Shown: positions 26,845 through 37,323 of the stretch, in pieces
Layout: every line of letters begins with the position of its first letter
Position numbering within the stretch: the stretch's first letter is position 1
NCBI GenBank assembly: GCA_965222075.1
Contig: OZ244937.1
Location: forward strand, 2,304,001 to 2,368,000
Reading direction: 5' to 3'
Source of the DNA: Candidatus Latescibacterota bacterium
GTDB taxonomy: Bacteria > Latescibacterota > UBA2968 > GCA-2709665
DNA length: 64,000 nt
Notes under the pieces: model-generated
Databases searched by the model: none
What the model was told of the DNA's origin: nothing
The model's input: only the letters and a program-made list of their open reading frames with translations
Translations under genes and position numbers: made by a program

Positions 26845-28289
26845 ACTACGAACCCGTCATCGGCCTGGAAGTCCACGCTCAGCTTGCCACCCAGACCAAA
26901 ATCTTCTGCGCGTGCAGCGCGGAATTCGGCGCCGATCCCAACACCCACGGCTGCCCCGTCTGCCTCGGCCTGCCCGGCGCCCTCCCTGTTTTGAACCAGC
27001 AGGTCGTTGAACTGACCATGCGCATCGCCCTGGCGGTGGGGTGTAGCATCCAGCCCCGCAGCCGGTTCCTGCGAAAAAACTACTTCTATCCCGATCTGCC
27101 CAAGGGCTACCAGATCTCTCAGTTCCACTCCAATGAGGAAGTGCCCTTAGCCACCGACGGCGGCATCCGGATCCCCACGAAAAACGGCGCCAAAACGATC
27201 CGTCTCGTGCGCATCCACACCGAAGAGGACGCCGGCAAGAGCATCCACGACGAGGCCTTCGTGGCCGCGGGCGAATCCTTAGTCGACGTCAACCGCTGCG
27301 GCGTCCCCCTCATCGAAATCGTCAGCGAGCCGGACATCGCCTTCCCCGGTGAGGCGTTCGACTACCTCACCCGGCTGCGGCAGATCCTCATCTACACCGG
27401 CGTTTCCGAAGGCGACATGGAAAAGGGCCACATCCGCATCGACGCCAACATCTCCATCCGGCCGGCCGGCTCGACCAGGCTCGGTGTCAAGGCCGAAATC
27501 AAAAACATGAACTCCTTCCGCAACTGCCAGCGGGCGCTGGAGGCTGAAATCCGGCGTCAGACCGACATCCTGGAGACCGGCGGCGAAATCGTCCAGGAAA
27601 CCCTGCTCTACGATCCCGACCGCGACACCGTGCGCCCCATGCGCAGCAAAGAATTCTCCGACGACTACCGGTACTTTCCCGACCCCGACCTGGTCTCCAT
27701 CGTGGTTGACGAGGCCTGGATCGAACGGGTCCGCTTGGAAATACCCGAACTGCCCGAAGCCAAACGCGCCCGCTTCCAGTCCGACTACGGCCTCACCCCC
27801 GACCAGGTGGATGTCCTGACCGCCTCCCGTGAAGTCGCCGACTACTACGAAGCCGTCACTGCCGCGGGCGCTTCGCCCATTCCGGCTGCCAACTGGGTGC
27901 AGGGTTCTCTGATGCGGATGCTGAACAAGCAGAAAATTCAGGTGGCCGACCTCAACATCACCCCCGAAAACCTGGCCGCCCTCCTCAAAATGATCGATGC
28001 AGGCACCATCAGCGGCAGCATCGCCCAGACCGTCTTCGTCGACATGGCCCAATCCGGCGAGGCCCCCGACGCCATCGTCGAAAAGAAAGGCCTCGTCCAG
28101 ATCAGCGCCGAAGGCGCCCTCGACAGCGTCGTCGACAAGGTCATTTCGGAAAACCCAGGCGAAGTCGAACGCTATCGGTCGGGCAACAAAAAGCTCCTCG
28201 GTTTCTTCATGGGTCAGATCATGAAAAAAACCCAGGGCAAGGCCAATCCCCAACTGGCCAACCAGCGCCTGCGAGAAAAGCTGGCGTGA
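26841..28289 (+). CDS. gatB: Asp/Glu-tRNA amidotransferase subunit B
   Basis: [42 protein letters not shown] and GFFMGQIMK motifs. Confidence 0.97.
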   Translation: MNYEPVIGLEVHAQLATQTKIFCACSAEFGADPNTHGCPVCLGLPGALPVLNQQVVELTMRIALAVGCSIQPRSRFLRKNYFYPDLPKGYQISQFHSNEEVPLATDGGIRIPTKNGAKTIRLVRIHTEEDAGKSIHDEAFVAAGESLVDVNRCGVPLIEIVSEPDIAFPGEAFDYLTRLRQILIYTGVSEGDMEKGHIRIDANISIRPAGSTRLGVKAEIKNMNSFRNCQRALEAEIRRQTDILETGGEIVQETLLYDPDRDTVRPMRSKEFSDDYRYFPDPDLVSIVVDEAWIERVRLEIPELPEAKRARFQSDYGLTPDQVDVLTASREVADYYEAVTAAGASPIPAANWVQGSLMRMLNKQKIQVADLNITPENLAALLKMIDAGTISGSIAQTVFVDMAQSGEAPDAIVEKKGLVQISAEGALDSVVDKVISENPGEVERYRSGNKKLLGFFMGQIMKKTQGKANPQLANQRLREKLA

Positions 28290-28353
28290 TGGTATACACG
28301 TTTCCGCAGCATTTTTTTTCATAAGCCGAATAACCGGCTGGAGGATGACGCAC

Positions 28354-29640
28354 ATGGAAAAATCCGTTTTGGCAATTGACAGAGGCCCCACCGCCGTCAC
28401 CGCTTCCATCAGCGACGCCTGGCAGGAGATCTCCGACCTCGAGCGGGAGTTCGTCAACCAGGTACTCGACGACTTCGGCGACGCCTATGCTCAGCTCGAC
28501 CGATTCGAAGAAGTGTTTCGGGCCTTTGTCGGCGCGAAACACGCCCTTTGCATGTGCAACGGCACCTCCACCCTGCATTCGGCCATCTTCGCCACAGGCG
28601 CGCGCGAGGGGCGGGAAGTCATCGTACCCTCCCTCACCTGGCATGCCAGCATCACGCCGATTCTGCACTGCAACGCAACCCCGGTCTTCTGCGAGGCCGA
28701 TCCCGAAACCTTCTGCGCCGATCCGGAAGATGTCAGAAAACGGATCACGGACCGCACGTGCGCCATCGTGGTCACGCACGTATACGGAAACCCTGCGAAC
28801 ATGGATGCGTTCCTCGATATTGTCAAAGGCACCGACATCAAACTCGTCGAAGACGCCTCCCATGCGCACGGCGCGCTCTGGAGTGGCAAGCCGGTCGGCG
28901 CGGTCGGACACATCGGCTGCTTCAGCCTCCAGCAGAGCAAGCCCGTAAACGGCATCGAAGCGGGCGTGGCAACCACAAACGATGACGAGCTGTACGACCG
29001 CATGCTCGCACTTGGCCACTACGGCCGGTGTGGGAAACTGTGGACCACGGAACGGTTCAAGAGCCTCCGCAACATGGGCCTCGGCGTCAAGTACCGGGCA
29101 AACCCCCTGGGCATCGCCTTAGCGCGTGCCCAGCTCCAGCGCCTGCCCGAGCTCAACGAAAAGCGGCGCAGCTGGTTCGACCGGCTCGACAGCCTCCTCG
29201 ACCCCATCAAAGGCATCTCCCCTCAGAAAGCCTATCCCGAGGCGGTCCGGGGCGGCCTCCTGCTCTACACCGGGCGCATCGATCCAGACGAGATCGGGGC
29301 CCCCGTCTCGATCATCTTAGAAGCCCTGGTTGCCGAAGGGGTGAAAACCACACCGGCCATCACCCCCTTCGGTTACGGCGTGATGCACCTGGAACCGCTC
29401 TTCAACGACTTCTCTTTCGACGACCTGGGAGGCCCCTGGGCGGACCTGCCCCCGGGCGCGCGGCAGTGCATGGAGCGCGGCTCCCTGCCTGTGAGCGAAC
29501 GCATCCACGACACCTGCTTCTGGCTCTCCACGCCGGTCGATCCCAGTCCCGAATGGGTGGACCAGACCGCAGAAGCCTTCCGGAAAGTGGCCGCCAGCGG
29601 CGAACGCCTGTCGGAAATCGCCGGAGAGGTGGCAGAATGA
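28354..29640 (+). CDS. DegT/DnrJ/EryC1/StrS family PLP-dependent aminotransferase
   Basis: NGTSTLH, VTHVYGNPA, EDASHAHGA and FSLQQSK (PLP lysine) motifs. Confidence 0.9.
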   Translation: MEKSVLAIDRGPTAVTASISDAWQEISDLEREFVNQVLDDFGDAYAQLDRFEEVFRAFVGAKHALCMCNGTSTLHSAIFATGAREGREVIVPSLTWHASITPILHCNATPVFCEADPETFCADPEDVRKRITDRTCAIVVTHVYGNPANMDAFLDIVKGTDIKLVEDASHAHGALWSGKPVGAVGHIGCFSLQQSKPVNGIEAGVATTNDDELYDRMLALGHYGRCGKLWTTERFKSLRNMGLGVKYRANPLGIALARAQLQRLPELNEKRRSWFDRLDSLLDPIKGISPQKAYPEAVRGGLLLYTGRIDPDEIGAPVSIILEALVAEGVKTTPAITPFGYGVMHLEPLFNDFSFDDLGGPWADLPPGARQCMERGSLPVSERIHDTCFWLSTPVDPSPEWVDQTAEAFRKVAASGERLSEIAGEVAE

Positions 29641-29667
29641 TACAGCTCCCACATAAGAGGGCATGAT

Positions 29668-30702
29668 TTGCGACCCCTATCTTTCGAAGACGACCTCTCC
29701 CGGCTCATCGACCAGGCACAACCCTCAATGTATTTTGAAGGGACCACCCCGGACGACCTCCACACCTGGCAAAACCGGTTTCGAGAAATCCTCACCGGCC
29801 TGCTCGGCATCCTCCCCGAACGCGCCGACCTCTGTCTTGAATTCCAGGATGAGACCGCCTGCGGTTGCTTCGTGCGCCATCGGGTCCGGTACCAGACGGA
29901 GCCCGGCGTCTACGTACCGGCCTACCTGCTGGTGCCCAAAGACCTGCACCCGGACAAACGGGCGCCGGGACTCCTGTGCCTGCACGGCCACGGTCATTTT
30001 GGAAAAGACAGCGTCGCAGGCATCAACAATACGCCTGAGCGGCAAGCAGAAATCGACAAACACAGCTACAACTTCGGCCAGAAATTTGCAGAGGCGGGAT
30101 ATGTCGTCCTCGTCCCCGACCTCCGGGGCTTCGGAGAGCGCCGGCCCGGATATCCCGGCCCTCGAACCGACAACTGCCCCCGAAACTACATGTGCGCCAC
30201 CCTGCTTGGCACCACGGTTGTGGCGCTCCACCTCTGTGACCTCCAGGCGGCCCTCGATGTCCTGCAAACACTCGACTTCGTCGACAGCGAAAAGCTCGGG
30301 TGCGCGGGCCTCTCACTCGGTGGCCGGATGACCATGATGATCACCGCTCTGGATCCGCGCATCAAAATTTCCGTACCGTCGGGGTGCATGAACCTCTATC
30401 AGGAAAGGTACCAGGCGCTGCGCCAGTGCGGCGCCCAACTCATCCCCGGCCTCCTCCGCTATGGCGACACACCGGAAATCTTCTCCCTGATCGCTCCCCG
30501 GCCCATGGTTCTGGAAATCGGCCTGCAAGATCCGCTCATTCCCCACGACTGGGCCGAACGCGGCCTCAAGCGCATCCAAAGGGCGTATGATGCGTCAGGC
30601 GCGCTGGACAGCCTGTTTGTGGACCGTTTCGACGGCGGGCATCACTTCCACTTCCAAGTCGCTCAGAAAGTCCTGGAACGGTGGCGCAATAGCGCCTTAT
30701 GA
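29668..30702 (+). CDS. Alpha/beta hydrolase (dienelactone hydrolase/acetylxylan esterase-like)
   Basis: LCLHGHG, DLRGFGER, nucleophile GLSLGG, LIAPRP, D and GGHHF triad positions. Confidence 0.85.
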   Translation: MRPLSFEDDLSRLIDQAQPSMYFEGTTPDDLHTWQNRFREILTGLLGILPERADLCLEFQDETACGCFVRHRVRYQTEPGVYVPAYLLVPKDLHPDKRAPGLLCLHGHGHFGKDSVAGINNTPERQAEIDKHSYNFGQKFAEAGYVVLVPDLRGFGERRPGYPGPRTDNCPRNYMCATLLGTTVVALHLCDLQAALDVLQTLDFVDSEKLGCAGLSLGGRMTMMITALDPRIKISVPSGCMNLYQERYQALRQCGAQLIPGLLRYGDTPEIFSLIAPRPMVLEIGLQDPLIPHDWAERGLKRIQRAYDASGALDSLFVDRFDGGHHFHFQVAQKVLERWRNSAL

Positions 30703-30732
30703 AGTCCCCCCTTCACGAAGAGAAAATACCTT

Positions 30733-32967
30733 ATGTCAATTTCAGCAGCACGCGAAATATACGGCCATGCCACCCTTGCTCCGGACGCCGAGATCGTTGC
30801 AGGCAGCCACGGCACCTGGAAACTGACCTATACGGCCGGCTTGAAAGGGGTGGCCCCCGGCGGACGCATCCGGGTCTACACCGAATCCGACACCGACTGG
30901 GGCATCCCCCAGTTTCAGGACCCCGCCGGCGCCGACTACATGACGGTTGAAGCGCCGGAAAAAGCGCGTGTGGGCGTTCTTACCCAGAGCGTCACCTCCC
31001 TGGTCGTACTCGTGCGCGGGCAGGGACTCAAGCCCGGCGAAAAGGTCATCCTGACCTATGGGGACCGCAGCGGCGGCGGACCGGGCTCCCGCGCGCAGAC
31101 CTTCTTGGAGGCGAAGCACTTCTTCTGGGTCGCCGTGGACGCCGACGGCAGCAGCGCCTACACCAGACTGCCCGACCCGCCCTGTGTTTCCATCGTAGGC
31201 GGACCAGCCGACCAGCTGGTCGTAATCGCGCCTTCAACAGCGTCTGTTGGAAACCCGTTTCGCCTGATGGTCAAAGCGGAAGACGCCTGGGGAAACCCAT
31301 CCGCCGAATACACCGGAACCGTGGAACTCCTTGCGGATGGCGTGGAAATCCCCGAACAATCCCTCAGATTCGACCGCGGGCACAACGGGGTCCGCTGGAT
31401 CGAGGGATGCGCCCCTTCACAGCCCGGTGTATACAGAATCACCGCAACGGACACCCGGTCCAAACTGGAAGCGCAGAGCAATCCAATCGTCTGCGGAGAG
31501 CAGCCCGAACCCTACGGCCTCTACTGGGGAGACTACCACGGAGGCCAGGTGGCGATGGCCGGGAAAATCTCCGACTTCTTCCGCTACGCCCGGGACGTGG
31601 CCGCCATCCAGTTCGCCAGTTACCAGCGCAACGACCACGCCGTCTCGAAATCCGACTGGGAGCTCCAGCAGCGGGCCGAATGCGAATTCCACCAGCCCGG
31701 CCGGTTTATTGCCATCCCGGGATTCGAATGGTCTCCCCCGACCAGGGCGGGCGGCCATCACAACGTCTACTTTCGGCGGCACAACCAGCCGATTCGCCGC
31801 TCCAGCCACTTGGCCGTGCAGAACCAATCGGACATTGACACGGACCTCCCGTACATCACAGACCTCTATCGAACCTACCGCAACACCGACACCGTCATCA
31901 CCCCCCACGTCGGCGGCGAACACGCCGACCTCACCCACCACGAGCCTGCCCTGGAACCGGCCGTGGAAGTCACCTCCACCCACGGCAGCTTCGAGTGGTT
32001 CTTACAAGAAACCCTGGAGCACCGCTACAAACTCGGCTTCTTCGGGGGCAGCGACAGCCACACCGGCCGGCCCGGCGACGACCGTCCGGGCCACCAGCAC
32101 CGACGCTACGCCAAGGCGGGACTCGCAGCTGTTTACGCCACCGAGGTGAGCCTGAAAGCCTTCCTGGAAGCCCTGAAGGCCCGCCGCTGCTATGCCACGA
32201 CCGGCGCACGGATCGTCCTGCGCACCGAAGCGGACGGCCACCCGATGGGCAGTGAACCCACGACCGACTCCCCTCCCGAGATCTCGGCCTCCGTAATCGG
32301 CACCGCGCCCCTGGAATCGGTGGAGCTTTTCCGCGGGTTGGAAAAACGCTACACGCACCCCCTCCAGGCAGCGCCCGCCGGCAACCGGGTGCGCATCCTC
32401 TGGGAAGGGGTCAGTCGAAAAAGCAGCTACTCGGGCGTCATCTGGGACGGCAGCCTGAACCTGGCCGGAGGCAAAATCACGGCTGTGGAAAAGCTGCGCT
32501 TTGACAGCCCGCGCTCCGACATTGTGGACCGCAGCGAAAGCAGCCTGCGCTGGCACTCGGTAGCCTGCGGGTACCGCAGCGGCGTCATCCTGGACCTGAA
32601 TGCGGAACCCGACGCCGAGCTGCAGCTTGCGATCCACACCTCGCTCATTACAGGCCCCACCTACGGCGGCCACGGCGAAATCGGCCCCAGGCGGATGTCC
32701 TACGCCCCCGCCGAAAGCGTAAGCTTCAGCGTGAGCCTTCAAGAACTGGCCGAAGAACCCGTGGAAATGGACATCGGCCTCCTCAACCGCAAAGTCACGG
32801 TCTCCCTCGCGCCTGAGCAACCCTTAGCGGACACCGCCGAATTCACCTTCACCGACCCCTCGCCCGAGCCGGGCGTGAACCCCTACTGGGTGCGCGTGGT
32901 GCAAACCGACATGGAAATGGCCTGGTCCAGCCCCATCTTTGTGGATTACGTATCGTCAGGCGAATAA
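30733..32967 (+). CDS. DUF3604-like PHP-fold metallohydrolase
   Basis: YWGDYHG, NDH, GFEWS, GHHNVY, PHVGG, EVTSTHG, GGSDSH, RRCYATTG and YWVRVVQ..AWSSPIFV motifs. Confidence 0.75.
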   Translation: MSISAAREIYGHATLAPDAEIVAGSHGTWKLTYTAGLKGVAPGGRIRVYTESDTDWGIPQFQDPAGADYMTVEAPEKARVGVLTQSVTSLVVLVRGQGLKPGEKVILTYGDRSGGGPGSRAQTFLEAKHFFWVAVDADGSSAYTRLPDPPCVSIVGGPADQLVVIAPSTASVGNPFRLMVKAEDAWGNPSAEYTGTVELLADGVEIPEQSLRFDRGHNGVRWIEGCAPSQPGVYRITATDTRSKLEAQSNPIVCGEQPEPYGLYWGDYHGGQVAMAGKISDFFRYARDVAAIQFASYQRNDHAVSKSDWELQQRAECEFHQPGRFIAIPGFEWSPPTRAGGHHNVYFRRHNQPIRRSSHLAVQNQSDIDTDLPYITDLYRTYRNTDTVITPHVGGEHADLTHHEPALEPAVEVTSTHGSFEWFLQETLEHRYKLGFFGGSDSHTGRPGDDRPGHQHRRYAKAGLAAVYATEVSLKAFLEALKARRCYATTGARIVLRTEADGHPMGSEPTTDSPPEISASVIGTAPLESVELFRGLEKRYTHPLQAAPAGNRVRILWEGVSRKSSYSGVIWDGSLNLAGGKITAVEKLRFDSPRSDIVDRSESSLRWHSVACGYRSGVILDLNAEPDAELQLAIHTSLITGPTYGGHGEIGPRRMSYAPAESVSFSVSLQELAEEPVEMDIGLLNRKVTVSLAPEQPLADTAEFTFTDPSPEPGVNPYWVRVVQTDMEMAWSSPIFVDYVSSGE

Positions 32968-32984
32968 TACAGAACACCATGGCC

Positions 32985-33011
32985 GCAGGGGCGGGGTTCC
33001 CGCGCCTCTGC
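32985..33011. repeat. Isolated REP-like palindrome
   Basis: GCAGGGGCGGGGTTCCCGCGCCTCTGC forms a hairpin resembling GTAG-family REPs. Confidence 0.4.
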
Positions 33012-33037
33012 AGTGATTTTGTACTGGCGGAAAAACC

Positions 33038-33718
33038 GTGAGCGCCTGCCTCGTCACCTTTGTCAAAAACCCCGTTCCCGGCGCTGTCAAAACGCGCCTG
33101 CAGACCCGCTACACCCCAACACAGGCCGCCGCCCTCTACTGCGCCTTTGTCCTGGACTGCCTGGTCACCTACCGCTTGGTCGCTGCCGACCGTTACGTCG
33201 TCGCCTACGATCCCCCGGATGCGCAGGCCCAGATCAAGCGCCTTGTCGGCCCCGGCTGGGACCTCCATCCGCAGGCCCAAACCGACCTGGGCGGCCGGAT
33301 GGCCGAAGCTTTCGAATGGAGCTTCCGGGAGGGCGCCACCCGCACCGTGCTCCTGGGCACAGACATCCCCACCCTGCCCGCCGAACACGTCCGGCAGGCA
33401 TTGTGCCTGCTCCGCGAAAAAGACCTCGTCCTGGGTCCCGGCACCGACGGCGGCTACTACCTGATCGGCCTGTCTAAACCCTTTCCGGAGGTCTTCCGGG
33501 ACATCGACTGGAGCACCGAGCGGGTACTCGCCCAGACCCTGGATCGCGCCAGCGGCGTCTCCCTGGGCCTCATCCCCCCCTGGTACGACGTAGACACCCC
33601 CGCTGAACTCGACGTCCTCCTGGCCCATGCAAAGGCTCTGGACCTGTCGGGCACCCCGGCAGCCCTGGACCACACGCGGCAGTGCCTGTCAACACTGGAA
33701 GCTCGACCGTCGCAATAA
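33038..33718 (+). CDS. TIGR04282/DUF2064 family glycosyltransferase-like protein
   Basis: FVKNPVPGAVKTRL, Q...DLGGRM, GTDIP, VLGPGTDGGYYLIG and WYDVDTP motifs. Confidence 0.88.
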   Translation: MSACLVTFVKNPVPGAVKTRLQTRYTPTQAAALYCAFVLDCLVTYRLVAADRYVVAYDPPDAQAQIKRLVGPGWDLHPQAQTDLGGRMAEAFEWSFREGATRTVLLGTDIPTLPAEHVRQALCLLREKDLVLGPGTDGGYYLIGLSKPFPEVFRDIDWSTERVLAQTLDRASGVSLGLIPPWYDVDTPAELDVLLAHAKALDLSGTPAALDHTRQCLSTLEARPSQ

Positions 33719-33864
33719 GCTGAGAGGGTAAACCGCTATGGAAACCCACGGATTTGCAGTCACCTCTCTTGAACCCCACATCCAGCACCGGCCGCTCACC
33801 ACACGACCAGCGCGAACAATCACTGGTATGGGATGGTCGAGGCGGTAAAACCATAAGAGTCCAC

Positions 33865-35262
33865 TTGACAGACACGACCCGAAACTTCCGCACCCAGCAC
33901 CCTCAGAACGATCCGGCCGCCACAGGGAAATTCGACCTCTCCCGCCGGATCATCCATCTCGCCCTGCCTTTACTCCTGACCAGACAGCTGGAAAACCTGG
34001 TCGGTTTCGCCGACATCTACATGGTCGGAAAGCTCGGTCCCGAGGCCATCTCCGCCGTGGGCATCTCCCGGCAGCTCGTCATGGTTATCAGCGTCACCAT
34101 GATCGCCGTCACCACAGGCACCTTTGCCATGGTCGCCCAGGCCATCGGCGCCGAATCCCGGGGGGACGCCAGCGCCACCGCCAAGCAATCCATCACCCTG
34201 CTCAGCCTCCTCAGCATCGGCATCAGCCTGTTCGGCCTTGCAGCCGCCCCGGCTTTCCTCGTGGCCCTCAGCCTCAGCACCGAGGTCATTGCCCTGGGCG
34301 TCCCCTACCTGCGGGTTTTCTTCTCGGGCATCGTCCTGATGACACTCAACTTCTCCATCACCAACTGCCTCCACGGCGCCGGCGATACCCGCACGCCATT
34401 CTACATCAGCCTTTTCAACCACACCGTCAAAATCGGTATCAGCTACCTCCTCATCTTCGGCATCTGGGGCTTGCCTCGCCTCGGGGTCACCGGGGCGGCG
34501 TTCGGCGACATCGTCGGCCGCCTCTGCGGCGTCTGCATCGGGTTCTGGGCGCTCTACAGCGGGCGCTTCGGCATCACCCTCCTCCCGGACACATCCTACC
34601 GTCCAAATTGGGCGCTGACCCGCCGCATCCTCAAAATCGGCGTCCCCTCGGCCCTGCAGGGGCTCTTCCGAAACGGCTCCAACCTCGTCTTCGTCAAACT
34701 CGTCGCCCTCACCGCCTCTTCCACAACCGCCGTGGCCGCCTTCTCCATCGGCAACCAGGTGGAGCGCCTCCTCCGCCGCACCTCCCTCGCATTCGGCACC
34801 GCAGCCACCGCCCTGGTTGGCCAGAGCCTCGGCGCAGGCAATCCCGATGCTGCCGAACAACGCGGCTGGACCACCCTGCTCATCGCCGTTCTGTTCACCG
34901 CTGTTCTGGGCATACCCATTGCCCTCTTTGCACAGCCAATCCTGGCCTTCTTCACCGATGCCCCGGACGTCATCCAGATTGGCATCGTCTACCTCTACGC
35001 CGTCATCCTGGCAGAGCCTTTTATGTGCGCCGCCATCACAAGCGGCGGCGGCCTCCGGGGCGCCGGCGACACCCTGCCCGGCCTCTACTACACCCTCATT
35101 GCCCAGTGGCTCATCCGCCTCCCGGCTGCCTACCTCCTCGCCTTCACGCTTGGCTACGACATCATCGGCATCTGGGCCGCGCTCGTCATCTTCAGCGCCC
35201 TCCAGGGCGCCCTCACCGTCCGGAAATTCGGCAAAGGGGAGTGGAAGCAGCGGAAGATCTAA
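33865..35262 (+). CDS. MATE family efflux transporter (start uncertain, 33754-33865)
   Basis: LALP, D..MVGKLG, GAGDTRTP, LGVTGAA, VGQSLGAG and RGAGDT motifs; 12-TM pattern. Confidence 0.9.
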   Translation: MTDTTRNFRTQHPQNDPAATGKFDLSRRIIHLALPLLLTRQLENLVGFADIYMVGKLGPEAISAVGISRQLVMVISVTMIAVTTGTFAMVAQAIGAESRGDASATAKQSITLLSLLSIGISLFGLAAAPAFLVALSLSTEVIALGVPYLRVFFSGIVLMTLNFSITNCLHGAGDTRTPFYISLFNHTVKIGISYLLIFGIWGLPRLGVTGAAFGDIVGRLCGVCIGFWALYSGRFGITLLPDTSYRPNWALTRRILKIGVPSALQGLFRNGSNLVFVKLVALTASSTTAVAAFSIGNQVERLLRRTSLAFGTAATALVGQSLGAGNPDAAEQRGWTTLLIAVLFTAVLGIPIALFAQPILAFFTDAPDVIQIGIVYLYAVILAEPFMCAAITSGGGLRGAGDTLPGLYYTLIAQWLIRLPAAYLLAFTLGYDIIGIWAALVIFSALQGALTVRKFGKGEWKQRKI

Positions 35263-35416
35263 AAAACTTGTAAAGCAGGTCTCTTCATCGAAGAAGGTGA
35301 CGCGTCGAAGGGGCAGGCGATAGATCAGGTGAATAAGGATTCTTGATATTATACCTGAGAGTCGTATATTATAGCCGATTCAAAGTCGTCAGGCGCTTGA
35401 CGGATAGGGAAGGCTC

Positions 35417-36268
35417 ATGAGCAGGTTTTGGAATAGCACGGCCGCCAGACAAAAAGACCAGAAACGCCAGTGGCAGGGCATTCTACACGAAATAATCTTT
35501 GAAGCAGACACCCCGGCGGGCAAATGGTTCAATATCATATTGATCGTGAGCATCATGCTGAGCGTCATCGCGGTGATGCTCGACAGTGTAAGCGTCATCA
35601 GAGCAGCACACGGCGATCTCCTCAATTTGGCCGAATGGTTTTTTACCATTCTATTCACAGCAGAGTACCTTTTACGGTTGGTCTGTGTTGGGCGTCCGGT
35701 GCTCTACGCAGCCAGTTTTTTCGGAATCGTGGATCTGATGGCCATCGCCCCGACGTATCTCAGTCTGCTGTTTCCGGGCAGCCACTACCACCTGCTGGCC
35801 ATTCGGCTTCTACGCGTCCTGCGCATCTTCCGTGTCCTCAAACTGGTTCAATATCTCGGTGAGGCCAATCTGCTCATCCAGGTGCTGCGTTCGTGCCGCC
35901 GCAAGATCACCGTATTTCTGTTTACAATCTTGACCCTGGTGGTTATCCTGGGCTCACTCATGTACGTGATCGAAGACGAACAGGACGGGTTTACGAGCAT
36001 ACCCAAAAGTATCTACTGGGCGATCGTGACCCTCACCACCGTAGGCTATGGAGACATATCGCCAAAAACAAATATCGGTCAGGCATTGGCGGCCGTGGTG
36101 ATGCTCCTGGGATACAGTATGATAGTGATCCCAGCAGGGATTGTAACGGCGGAATTTACCCAGGCCCTCACGCGACAGAACATAACATTCCGGGTGTGCG
36201 CCGAATGCAGCGCCGAAGGCCACGACAGTGACGCGGTATACTGTAAACAGTGTGGTACGAAGCTCTAA
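35417..36268 (+). CDS. Voltage-gated potassium channel family protein with C-terminal zinc ribbon
   Basis: S4 RLLRVLRIFRVLK, filter TTVGYGD, CAEC...CKQCG; candidate promoter TTGATA-16-TATATT at 35343-35370. Confidence 0.92.
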   Translation: MSRFWNSTAARQKDQKRQWQGILHEIIFEADTPAGKWFNIILIVSIMLSVIAVMLDSVSVIRAAHGDLLNLAEWFFTILFTAEYLLRLVCVGRPVLYAASFFGIVDLMAIAPTYLSLLFPGSHYHLLAIRLLRVLRIFRVLKLVQYLGEANLLIQVLRSCRRKITVFLFTILTLVVILGSLMYVIEDEQDGFTSIPKSIYWAIVTLTTVGYGDISPKTNIGQALAAVVMLLGYSMIVIPAGIVTAEFTQALTRQNITFRVCAECSAEGHDSDAVYCKQCGTKL

Positions 36269-36295
36269 CCAGCACAACAGGAGGCCTGACCGCCA

Positions 36296-37300
36296 GTGCC
36301 CAAACGCGTCACCATACCCGTGCTCATCGCCCTTCTCCTTGCGGGCATCGGCTATTTCCGGATGTCCGCTACATCTCCTTCCCAGCAGGCGGCGGCCCTC
36401 TGCATAGAAGGGGATGAGGCCCTGCTCAGAGCGGATGACGAAGGGGCACTGGCCGCTTATCGGAAGGCAAGAGACAAAGATCCCGATAACCCCCAAAGCC
36501 ACCTCGGTATCGCCCGGGTGCAGATCCGGCGCCGGCAGTTTGTCCAGGCTGCACGCACGCTCAGATCGGTGGTCTCCCTGGCGGGGGACGATGCGGAAAC
36601 CTGGATTGCGCTTGCCCGGGTCTTCCGGGATGCCAGAGCTTTCGAGCAGGGCATCTCTGTGTACTCAAAGGCCATTGAACTGGCCCCGGAACAGACCGAA
36701 CTCCTGATCGAACTTGGCAACCTCTACAGCTCGTGGGGGCACAAAGGCCTGCACGAAGTTGAGGCCGAAAAGTGTTATCGCCAGGCAGAGGCCCTGTGGC
36801 CGGACGATCCCCGAATTCACGCCGGCCTGGGGCGTCTCTTTTCCCTCCAGAGCGCTTACGACTCCGCGGCCGTTCGCCTGAGACAGGCCCTCCGACACAA
36901 ACCGGAAGACCCCGAACTCCTCACCGACTTCGCGGAGGTCGCCATCCTTCGGGGAACGCCCCAGAAGGCCCCACCCTACCTCCGGCAGGCCTTAACGGCT
37001 GACCCCTACCACCCCAGGGCCCGCTACTTCCTGGGAAGGACCTACCTGATGGTCGGTCAGAAAGCAGAGGCAGACCGGGAATTCGCCATCTTTAAGCGCC
37101 AAAAAAAGGTGTGGGATCAGATCCAATCCCTGGAAAAATCCGCAGCCGAACGCCCCACCGCCGAAGCCTACCAGATGCTGTCGCACCTCTACGCCCGGAT
37201 GGATCGGGACAGCCTCGCCGCCGAACGCCTCAGACGGGCGACGGCCCTGGACCCGATGGTGACCATCCCGCAGGAAGTAGACCAGACGGGCGCGTTCTAA
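36296..37300 (+). CDS. Membrane-anchored or exported tetratricopeptide repeat protein
   Basis: N-terminal hydrophobic segment and repeated A...DP....A...LG helical repeats. Confidence 0.8.
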   Translation: MPKRVTIPVLIALLLAGIGYFRMSATSPSQQAAALCIEGDEALLRADDEGALAAYRKARDKDPDNPQSHLGIARVQIRRRQFVQAARTLRSVVSLAGDDAETWIALARVFRDARAFEQGISVYSKAIELAPEQTELLIELGNLYSSWGHKGLHEVEAEKCYRQAEALWPDDPRIHAGLGRLFSLQSAYDSAAVRLRQALRHKPEDPELLTDFAEVAILRGTPQKAPPYLRQALTADPYHPRARYFLGRTYLMVGQKAEADREFAIFKRQKKVWDQIQSLEKSAAERPTAEAYQMLSHLYARMDRDSLAAERLRRATALDPMVTIPQEVDQTGAF

Positions 37301-37323
37301 TTCCCCAAAAAGACCACAAACAC

